Shown here: piece after piece, positions 1-9,700 of the stretch
Position numbering within the stretch: the first letter of the stretch is position 1
How the letters are laid out: each line of letters opens with the position of its first letter
Source: an uncultured Fibrobacterota bacterium
Lineage (GTDB): Bacteria > Fibrobacterota > Chitinivibrionia > Chitinivibrionales > FEN-1185
Assembly (NCBI GenBank): GCA_963753345.1
Contig: CAVWBU010000015.1
Coordinates: forward strand, 1-64,000
Length of the DNA: 64,000 bases
Direction: 5' to 3'
The notes under the pieces: generated by a model
What the model was told of the DNA's origin: nothing
Databases searched by the model: none
Seen by the model: only the letters and a program-made list of their open reading frames with translations
Position numbers and translations under genes: made by a program

Positions 1-142
1 GGAAGCGATAGCTGCCAGCTTCTCTTCGGTTAAACCCACCTCCGGCCTCGCCGTCGCTTGGACCGGGAAAGCTTCAAGCGCCGAACGTTGCAGCGAGCAC
101 ACAGCCCGCCAGAAAGATGCCCATGATTCGCAAACTCCTCAC
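1..142 (-). CDS. Possible 5' end of a secreted protein, perhaps a serine hydrolase; runs off the window and needs a frameshift near position 75
   Basis: GGAGGTG RBS (rc of 150-156) and GTG at 142. Reads MRSLRIMGIFLAGCVLAATFG, then in a shifted frame LEAFPVQATARPEVGLTEEKLAAIAS. Confidence 0.3.
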
Positions 143-228
143 CGCCTCTCACCTCCTGCGCAGGGTTCCGTCAAAATCGGGTAGCCGGGGTGCCAACCGA
201 ATCTTCCCCGAGCCGAGAGCACTGACCT

Positions 229-402
229 GCGGCTCCGCCGCCTGCTGTGCGGAAAGGCTTCACCTTCGTTGGGCTTGTCCCTTGACCAGCCCCCTCGCTT
301 CGGCTGGAAGGCTCAGCCTTCCAGCCGAGAGCGAGGGGAGAGGAAGGGAGCGAACATGGCCGGAAAGCCAGAGGCTTTCCGCACAGCAGGCGGCGGAGCC
401 GC
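229..402. repeat. Nested inverted-repeat element (REP/MITE-like)
   Basis: Perfect 28-bp inverted repeat at 229-256 and 375-402 (GCGGCTCCGCCGCCTGCTGTGCGGAAAG), enclosing a hairpin at 291-338. Confidence 0.8.
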
Positions 403-552
403 GTCAAGCAGTTAAATGGTTTACCGACTCGGATGGTACTAACCCACACGGGCACTTCGACGCAGCCCTACCTCCTGTTCACCACCTTCCCATTCAAGAG
501 TCTTCTGCTATATACTCGGCGCTTCTTTCTGTCAACAAGCAGTTGGAAGAAG

Positions 553-1464
553 CGGGCGCCCGTGAGAAAGCTCGCGTCGATTTCGGAACTCCTGCGCGAT
601 ACGTCCGCCTTCGTTTTGTCGGGCACCAACGTAAAAGCGGAGCTTTCGCTCCCGGACGGCCTTTGGGAATGTGAAGTTGACACAGGACAACTGAGCGAAG
701 TTATCAACAATTGCATTATCAACGCCCAGCAGGCCATGTCCGAAGGGGGAGTGGTTTCCATCGGGGCCGAGAATGTGGCGGTGGACGCGCAGGCGGGTAT
801 TCCCCTCGCGCCTGGCAATTACGTTCGAATTTGCATTCGGGACACCGGGATCGGCATTCCCCGTCAGCATCTCGCAAGGGTGTTCGACCCGTTTTTCACC
901 ACGAAACAGAAGGGCAGCGGTCTCGGGCTCACCATCGCATATTCCGTTGTGCAGAAACACCGGGGGCACATTGAGATTTCCTCGGAACCCGGCGCCGGAA
1001 CGCAGGTGCGCATCTACCTGCCCGCATCGGCCGCAGGCGCCGAGCGCGCTCCGGCAGATCATTCCGAAGCGGTCCCCATGGGGCATGGAAGCATTCTCAT
1101 CATGGACGACGAGCTGTTCGTGCTCGATGCCATGGCCGGCGTCATCAGATCGCTCGGCTATACCGTTGAGACCGCCGCCGACAGTCGCGAAGCGGTTCGG
1201 AAATTTTCCGATGCAAAGGCCGCGGCCCGCGGTTTCGACGCCGTCATTCTCGATCTCACCATTCCGGGCGGTTTTGGCGGCAAGAAAGCGCTTGCGGAGA
1301 TGCGCACGATAGATTCCGCGGTGAAAGCCGTTGCCACGAGCGGTTATTCCGATGATCCCGTGATGGCCGAACCGCAGAGCTTCGGTTTCAAGGCCGCCCT
1401 GCGGAAACCGTTCGATATCGAGGAACTTGCCCAAATCCTGCAATTCGCGATCAAGAAAATTTGA
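553..1464 (+). pseudogene. Hybrid sensor histidine kinase, C-terminal part only (HATPase_c + receiver); sensor and HisKA domains missing
   Basis: N box (EVINNCIINAQQAM), DTGIGI, FDPFFTTK, GSGLGL, and a receiver (ILIMDDE, ILDLTIPG, KPF). Similarity begins abruptly at APVRK; the upstream part of ORF 433-1464 looks unrelated. Confidence 0.8.
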
Positions 1465-1528
1465 CGCAGGGCATTTTCTCCGAATTCTTTATCTCTTTTG
1501 ACTTCAATATCTTATTTTTGTATCCATC

Positions 1529-3658
1529 ATGCGTTTGTCTGCACAAAGCCGGCGCTATGCCGTTCTGACGGCGGTTCTTTTCCTGGCATGGAATCCTTCC
1601 TTTGGGGTCACAAAGATCCTGGTATTCCCGCTCGTCAATAAGTCTCAGGAAAAAACCCTGGAATGGCTCGTCCCCCTCGTCCCCGAATATTTTGCCCGCT
1701 GCATCCCCCTGTGCGAAGATTGTCAGGTGCTCGACCCGGTGTTTCTGTTTCCCGTCGATTCCGCCGGCTGGACCATGGCTTCGGACAGTCTCCTCAAAGT
1801 TCACTGGCTGCGGTGGGGGTGGAATTCCGCGTGCGGCGGCACGTTTTACGCTGCCAACGGCAGAATCACCTGCGAGCTCCGGGCGGTTCTGGTTCGCAAC
1901 GACCGGCCCGTTAAAAAGCTCATCACCGAGAGCGCCTCCACCGATTCCCTGCCTCAACTGTGTTTTTCCCTGTTCGCGCAATACATGGCGTTTACCGGCA
2001 TAACTTTGACAAAGGAGCAATCCCGGGAATTCAGGCGCCCGCTGTCGCAGAATCCGCAGGCCTATGCAACCTATGTTGCCGGCTACGGCTACGAAATGCG
2101 AAGCAATACGTCCGCCGCCATCACCAGCTACGCGCGGGCCGCGGAGCTCGATCCGTCGCTGGCAGCGGCGTGGGCGCGCATGGGACGGCTGTTCCGCTTC
2201 GCAGGCGCGTTTGACAAGGCGCAGAAGGCCTTCGACCGGTCGCTTTCGGTTGCGAACGGCGATCCCGCCGTGATCGCGGCGGCCGCGGATTTTCTGGCGG
2301 AACACGAAACGCCGGGGCGGGCCTTGGAATTTGTCAACAACAACCGGCGGGCGCTCGAACGGACGTCCGACGGCATGACGGCCATCGGGAAGGCGCTTTT
2401 GTCCGGCGGCGAGTCGCAGCGCGCCATTGCCATGTTTACGCAGGCGGTGGTCCGCGGGCCTTCGGACCTTGAGGCGGACTTCATGCTCGGCAGGACCTAC
2501 ATGGCAACGGGGCAGTTTCAGCAGGCGTGCGACGTTTTCAACAGGCTTGTCCGGTACCGGCCCGACTGTTCCCGGTTCTACGCTCTTTTGGGAGCGGCGT
2601 ACCGCAACAGCGGCCATCTCATGGAATCGCTCAGGGTGCTCGAACGGTGCGCCGCCGGCTCTCCGGACGACATCCCCGTTATCGTGAACCTGGCGCAGAC
2701 GTACATCGAACTCGGCATGTATCCTGAGGCGAAACAGGTTCTCTCTCACGCGCAGGAACTGGCGCCCGACAATCCGGACATCGACGTGAGCCTCGGCGTT
2801 CTCGCCTGGCACGCGGGCAACACCGCCGAGGCTCAGGGAATTCTTGAAAGGGCGTCGCGCATGGGCCACAACGTGCAATCGGCCCTCAACAACGAGGGCA
2901 ATATCCTGTATCTGAGCGGGAATATCCGAAAAGCGATCGATACGTACCGAAAGGCCGACAAAGCCGGCGCGAAGAACGAGTCGGTTCTTCTTAACCTGGC
3001 CAATGCCTATCTGGCGCTTAACCGGCCCGGGGAGGCGGCCGCGTTCCTCGAAACGGTTCTTGCCATGTCTCCGCAACGCCTCGACGTGCTGGACAAACTT
3101 GCTTCGATTGCCGAAAAAATGCACAAGGTCGAAGATGCAGTCACGTACCGCCGCAAGATACTCGAGCTGTCGCCCAACAACGCCGATGCGCTTGTCAAAA
3201 TGGTAACGCTCATGACGCAGCTCGGCAGGTACAAGGAGGCGGTCGAGCCTCTCGACGCCTATTGTTCCGACCATCCCAGCGAGAAGAATGTCCTTCTTAT
3301 CCAGGCCGACGTCTACCGGAGGATGGAATGGTACGAAATTGCGCTTATGAAATACCAGTCGATTGTCCGTGATTTTCCAAATAACGCCGAGGGATTTCTC
3401 GGCATGGGCAGAACCATGTACGATCTTCTCCAGTACAAGAACCGCACGGACTACGACAGCGCGATCGGTGTTCTTAAGAACGCGTCCCGGCTGAGCCCCG
3501 CTGACGCCGAACCCCTGTATCTTTTGGGGCTCATTTACATGAACTACAAGCAATCGCCGGAGTTGGCGAGAGATCAGTGGCGGACTGCCTTGACAAAGGC
3601 AACTGACCCGGAAATGAAGAGAACTCTATCGGACCTCCTCGAAAAGGCGGGCAAGTGA
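1529..3658 (+). CDS. Secreted TPR repeat protein
   Basis: 709 aa with a signal peptide and many TPR motifs (e.g. AAELDPSLAAAWARMGRLF). Confidence 0.85.
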   Translation: MRLSAQSRRYAVLTAVLFLAWNPSFGVTKILVFPLVNKSQEKTLEWLVPLVPEYFARCIPLCEDCQVLDPVFLFPVDSAGWTMASDSLLKVHWLRWGWNSACGGTFYAANGRITCELRAVLVRNDRPVKKLITESASTDSLPQLCFSLFAQYMAFTGITLTKEQSREFRRPLSQNPQAYATYVAGYGYEMRSNTSAAITSYARAAELDPSLAAAWARMGRLFRFAGAFDKAQKAFDRSLSVANGDPAVIAAAADFLAEHETPGRALEFVNNNRRALERTSDGMTAIGKALLSGGESQRAIAMFTQAVVRGPSDLEADFMLGRTYMATGQFQQACDVFNRLVRYRPDCSRFYALLGAAYRNSGHLMESLRVLERCAAGSPDDIPVIVNLAQTYIELGMYPEAKQVLSHAQELAPDNPDIDVSLGVLAWHAGNTAEAQGILERASRMGHNVQSALNNEGNILYLSGNIRKAIDTYRKADKAGAKNESVLLNLANAYLALNRPGEAAAFLETVLAMSPQRLDVLDKLASIAEKMHKVEDAVTYRRKILELSPNNADALVKMVTLMTQLGRYKEAVEPLDAYCSDHPSEKNVLLIQADVYRRMEWYEIALMKYQSIVRDFPNNAEGFLGMGRTMYDLLQYKNRTDYDSAIGVLKNASRLSPADAEPLYLLGLIYMNYKQSPELARDQWRTALTKATDPEMKRTLSDLLEKAGK

Positions 3659-6600
3659 TTCAGAGCCTGGCCATCCTTCTCTGCTGCGCGGCCGCCGCGC
3701 ACGGTTCCGCAAAGCGCGACACCCTTCCGTCGTGGCTCGACACCATGGCGCCCGTCGTTCAGATTCAGCCGAGGGAAAAGTACCACCCCGCAATTTTTCA
3801 CGTCACGTTCAAGGCGAACAAGCAGACAACATTCTGGTACCGGGTGGCCTCGCCGTCGGCCGTGGGAAAAGAAATGCTGCAATACCGCGATCCGGTGACG
3901 GTGATGGAGGAGGGGACCACGCGGGTTTACTTTTACGGTGAGGACCTTCTGGGCAACAAGTCGAGGGTCGATTCGATGGTGTATGTGCTCGATTCCCGTC
4001 CGCCGGAGCTCACCGTTTCACCCGAGCCGGGCCGTTACCATTCCGCAATCACGGTGCGGTGCTCGGTCAACAAACCGTGCAGACTCCTAGTTCACGGCGT
4101 CCCTGGTGGACACCGCATTGGTGCAGAAGACCGTCCCGGATTCAATGGTGGTGAAGGATTCGCTGAGCGGCTATTTTGTCGCGGTCGACAGCGCCGGAAA
4201 CAGGACCTTCAGCAAGAAACTCTCCTTCGTCGTCGACTCAACCAGCATCCGCGTCGATATCGCGCCTCCGGAAGGCGTTTACAGTGCGAGAAGGGAGATT
4301 TCGTTTACTGTTGCGCCTGCGGCCGACGTGTTCTTCACGTTCGACCCGTCCGCTCCGCCCCGCATGTTCATGCAGTATCAGAAGCCGGTGGAAATTCCGT
4401 ACGGCACCACCATTGTCCGGTATTTTGCGAAGAATTCGCTTGGATGGGAGTCGGACATCGGGAGAAGCACCTATGTTGTGGACACGGTCCCTCCCAAAGT
4501 GCACCTTGAGCAGCGCGAGGGAACCGGATTCGACACGCTGTGGCTCTCAACCAAGAAACCCTCCTCCATCCGGTACACCCTCGACGGCACCTTTCCGACC
4601 GAGACCAGCCCGGAATATGCCGCGCCGGTGATTGTTGCGAGAAAGGGAAAATGCCTTTTGAGGGCGGTCGCCAAAGACCTTGCGGGCAACAGGTCCGAGC
4701 TGTTCGAATGGGTGTACAAATACGACAAGACGCCGCCGGTGATTTCGCTTTCCCGGCAGTCGGGTATTTATGCGTCGGCGTTCCGCGTTTCCGTCGACTG
4801 CAACAAGCCGGCTGCCGTCTTCTACACGCTCGACGGCACGCAGGCGCAGGCGACGTCCGTGATTTACAAAGGCGCAATTCCCATCACCAAGGAAGGCGCG
4901 ACGCTGCTGCGCGTTATTGCCGTCGACAGCGCAGGCAACGAAAGCTCCGAAATGCGCGCGGAGTACACGATCGACACCAGGCCGCCCGTGGTGAAGGCCG
5001 AGGTGGAGGAGGATGTGCAGCGGAATGTCTTTTTGGTACGGCTCTTTGCAGACGAGGAGGCCGTGATACACTACGAAATAGACGGCATGCCCGGGGAATC
5101 CTCGCCCGTGTACAAAGACAGGATTCCCATGCGTATGGGCCAGGTCCTGCGCTACTTCGCGGTTGACAGAGCGGGAAACAGGAGCGAGCCGAAGCTCATG
5201 GACGACCTGAAAAAACCCCTTGTCGCGGTCGTGCCGGAGGGCGGCGTATACAAGAATCCGATCAAGGTTTCCTTTGCCGCAAGCCCCGGAAGCTCGGTGT
5301 TCTGGCGCCTATTGCCCGACTCCGGATTCACCGCCTTCACCGATTCCGTGCCGCTGTCCAGGGAACGGGTTTACACGCTGGAGTACTATTCGCAGGGCGC
5401 AAACGGTCTGAGGAGCCCGCTTCGCAGGAGCGAATTCACCATCGACATGACGCCGCCGTCCGTCGCCGTCATTGTAAGGAGGGGCGTCGGCGATTCGGTA
5501 TCGGTGTTTTTCGAATGCAGCAAGAAGGCCACCATTTTCTACACGCTGGACGGGACCAACCCGGCCTTTTCGAGCACGGCGCAAACGGCCTGCGACAAAC
5601 ATGAACTGTCACGATGCCGGATCAGCATCCGTCGGAAAGACGACGTGCGGCTCGTGTTCTTCGCCGAGGACGTCGCGGGAAACCAGAGCCCCATCCGCGT
5701 GCTCGATGTATTCAAGCCGGCCGCGGTTCCCGATGTGCCTGCGGGCCGCGACCGGGTCTACAACCATGCATTGTCGATCACCTTCAACACGTTTGACGGC
5801 AGGAGCACCGTCTATTATGCGCGGCACGGACATACTCCCACCGCCGACTCGGCGGAGTTTTTGAGTCCCATCACGCTCACCTCATCCGATACCATCCTGG
5901 CGTTCGCGGTTGATCCCGCGGGTCATGCCGGAAAAATAGACACGTTCGCGTACTTCATCGATCTGCCGCCGTCGCCGGCGTTCACGTGGTCCCCGGCGGT
6001 GGTGAATCAGGGCGCCGCGGTGTCGTTCGACGCGTCGGCATCGGTGGACGCGGAGACGTCGCGGGGAAGACTCGAGTACCGCTGGGACTTCGGCGGAAAC
6101 GGCGTTTTGGGCGGGGATTTTTTCACGTCCCCGGCGGCGGAGCATACCTTTTTGTCAAGCGGCAGGATGAGGGTGACGCTGCAGGTGCGCGACGCCGCCG
6201 GTCACACGGCCTTGTTGACAAAGGATATTATGGTGCGTCCGGTATGCCCGCCGGGAATGGTCTCGGCGGCGCTTGACAACGGCGCCGCCTTCTGCATCGA
6301 CACCTACGAATGGCCCAACATTGCAGGCGAGAAGCCGCTTGCGTCAATGTCGTGGGTGCAGGCAAAAATTTCGTGTCTCGACGCGGGCAAACGGCTCTGC
6401 ACGCGCGAAGAATGGGTCGCAGCATGCCGCACGGCAAAGCGCACCGCGTATCCATACGGCCAGAAATACGAGCCCGGAAAATGTCCCGCCGAGGGAAAAT
6501 CCGAATACAAAGCCGGATCATTTCCGCGCTGCGGCGAGCCCGGCGGTGCCCGGGACATGGTGGGCAACGTGTGGGAATGGGTGGAAGACAAGAAGGGGGA

Positions 6601-6718
6601 CTATCCGCTCATGCTCGGCGGATCGTTCAGGTTCGGTGAAGTCGCCGACTGCTACCTCACCTCCGAGGGCGGGGTCGGCCTGAAATCAAGCGAGGTCGGC
6701 TTCCGATGCTGCAAGTGA
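3655..6718 (+). CDS. Secreted protein with repeated Fn3-associated (CHB_HEX_C_1-like) domains, PKD and a C-terminal FGE-sulfatase/C-type-lectin-fold domain; frameshift near 4090-4110
   Basis: ORFs 3655-4509 and 4106-6718 form one continuous protein. Repeats of IxYTLDGT...P...AVDxAGNxS, PKD motif YRWDFGG, and FGE motifs KRLCTREEW, DMVGNVWEW and GFRCCK. Confidence 0.8.
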
Positions 6719-9700
6719 TACGACGCATTGGATTCTGCATGCTCTTCGCGGCCGCGGCCGCGCACGCCGGCGACGTCGACTGGATGTTCGACAACGCGCT
6801 CGGCAAGGACTATGTGACGGTCCCCCAGGCGTCGGTGGTGCTGCCGCAGGACTACAACAAGGCGATGGAACTTTACAAGATCGGAAAGTACCAGATCGCC
6901 GTGAGGGTCCTCGAAAACCTTCGCGACCTCTCTCTTCCGGACGGCAGGATCGATTTCATCTACTTCGCCCTCGGCGAGAGCTACCGGCAGCTCAAACTGC
7001 GCGACCTTGCCGTTGAATCCTACCGGTACATTACGAGAAAGTTCCCGTCGAGCGACAAGGTCGCGCCGAGCTATTTCCGGCTCCTGCAATACGCCTACAA
7101 TGAGAAGGACACGCTCCTTACCGACACCATATGCACCTATTTCCAGCAGCGGTACCGCATGTCGCCGCTGTTCTTTCCGGTGCTTTACATTACGGCGAAA
7201 TCGCGGTACGACCAGGACCGGTACGACGAGGCCCTGCACCTTGCGGCGCAGATTCCGCCGAAATCGTCGCAGTACCTGCCTGCACAGTTTCTCACCGCGC
7301 TGTGCCACGTCCAGAGGAAGGAATGGGAAAAGGCCCTCCTCGTCCTCGACTTCGTGAGGAAAAGCGCCTCTTCCCCCGAAATCGCCAACGAGGCGGCCAT
7401 TCTCATGGCCGACATTTATTTCAACAAGGGACAATTCCAGACCGCGCTGGAATTCTACGGCAAGGTGCCGCGCAGCGCAAAACGGTACTTTTACTCTCTT
7501 GTCAAGGTATCGCGGACGTACCTCGAAATGGGGAAATACGAGAAGGCGCGGGACATCGCCAAGACTTTTATCCAGAAAAACAAGACCAACGACTACTTCT
7601 TCGAGATGGTTTCCATTCTCGAACAGGCGTACTCGAAGCTCAATGACAAGGCAAACGCCGAGCGGATGCAGGGGCTCATCTACGATCAGCTCAAGACCGC
7701 GCGCCTCTCGTTCGGGATCTACGATGAATTAAGCCGCGTTTCCGACATGGTCCGCGTCTGGCAGATCATGGAATTCAAGGCCATCCAGCAGAAGAACGAC
7801 CAGCTGCTTGCCTCGTGCCGCAGCAACATCGACAAACTCAATACGCTGGGCCAGAAGGACAAAGACCTGCTGTTCGATATCGGCGCCATTGCATCAAAAA
7901 AGGGAGGGGAAGGCATACCGGGCCTTGCCGAACGAAGGTATCTCGACATTCTCAAGGAAAAAGCGGCGCTCATTCACGACACGCTTGTCCTCGCGAACAA
8001 GACCGTCGACAGCCTCAAGCTCAGGCTCGAAGCAAAGACCGCGGATTCCGTCGCGGTGGCGAAACTCCTGGGCACCACGGTGCCGGCGCTGGACAGCGTA
8101 AAACAGCGGTATGGCGCCGTCACTCACGAGGCGCAGCTTGTCGTGCGGGAATGCCTCGGCGAAATCCAGGGCAGGCGCCAGGCCGACGAAAACCTGCAGG
8201 CGAAATTCGTGGACTGGGCGTTTCTCAAGTACCAGGACAAAAAGGTCGAACTGGCGAAAATGACCAAGGAGGTGGCGGAGCGCGCGCAGGCAAAGGGCAA
8301 AAAGGATACCCTTTCACAGAAGAGCAAGGAAGTGGTGAAGCTGTTCTCGTCCATGGACGTCGACAAGCTGCAGCGCTCGCTCGTGGAAGACCGGAGCTTG
8401 CTCATTTCGCACATAACCTCCATGCAGTACGTATACCCGCAAAGCAAGTATATCGCCCAGCTGCTGTTCAGGCTCGCCGAGCTGTACTTCGACCAGGCCG
8501 CCGATGATTTCGAGGTGAAACTGCGCGCTTACGAAAAGAAAATGGCTGAGGGAAAGGATACCACGCACCTCGTGTTCCCGGAGTACGATTTGCGGAAGGT
8601 GGTCGAAACCTACGACAACCTCGTGCGGCTGTATCCGCGCGACCCGCTCGCGCCCGCCGCCCTGTTCTACAAGGCGCTTTCGATGCAGAAACTGGGCGAG
8701 TTCGACAAAGCCAACGACGTTCTTCTCGAGCTCACCCGCGATTATCCGGAAAGCGAGTACTACGTCGAAGCGACCATGAACGTCGCGCGGTATTATTTCG
8801 AACGCCCCAAGATCCAGGGAGGCAAGGGCTACAAACTCGCCGAAGAGATGTATCACAAGGTGCTTTACTTCCGCGACAGTCCCCAGTTCGTGTCGGCCCT
8901 GTACGGTCTTGGCTGGTGCTATTACATGGAGGACCAGTTCGACGAGGCCATCGCCGTTTTCAAGTACCTCGTCGAGGAGGTCGCGCTCGATTTTGACGTG
9001 ACGAAGATCGACGAGAAGAAGCAGGTGACGAACCCGCTGCTGCGCGACGAGGCCATCGACTACATCGCGATCAGCTTCGACGAGGAGAGCCGGATCGACG
9101 ACGCGGTGAAGTTTCTGCAGCTCATCGGCAACGTCGACTACGCGGCGATGGTGCTCAAGCGCATCGCGGAACTTCGCACCGAGGTCATGGACTACCCGGC
9201 GGCGGTCCGCGTGTACCGGCGTCTGCTTGCGGAATATCCGCAGAGTATTTCGGCGCCCGGAGCGGAGGAAAACCTGATAAAAGTGTTCGAGCTGATGAAC
9301 AAGCCGGACAGCGCGATGAAGGAGCGCGAGACCTTCTTCAGCCAGTACGCGAAGGGCGGCCAGTGGCAGGACCTGGTGTGGAAGCGCGATTCCCTCCTGG
9401 TTCCGCGCACCGATTCCATGGCCATATCCATGGGCCTGTACCTGTCCGATGCAAGCTACCGCAACGCCGACGCGAAGAAGGACCCGGCCGGGTATGCCGC
9501 CGCCGCGAAATACTACGCCGCGCTCGTGGCGAAATACCCTCACGACAAGCGCGCCGCCGACGCGCTCTGGAACCTTGCCGTCATTCTCGACACGAAACTT
9601 GACAAGAGCGCACAGGCCTATGATGATTACCTCGTCTTTTCGAAAACGACGGATGCCGATGCTGCACGGCGCGAGCAGGCGGCGCTCAACGCGATTGCCA

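Noticed and set aside
1451-3553. Long antisense ORFs (700 aa here; also 8314-9966, 10438-12360 and 42950-45415)
   Set aside because: Shadow frames of GC-rich genes on the opposite strand, with no recognisable domains.
6240-6718. Diversity-generating retroelement target
   Set aside because: The fold is compatible, but I saw no reverse transcriptase and no adenine-variant template repeat in the window.
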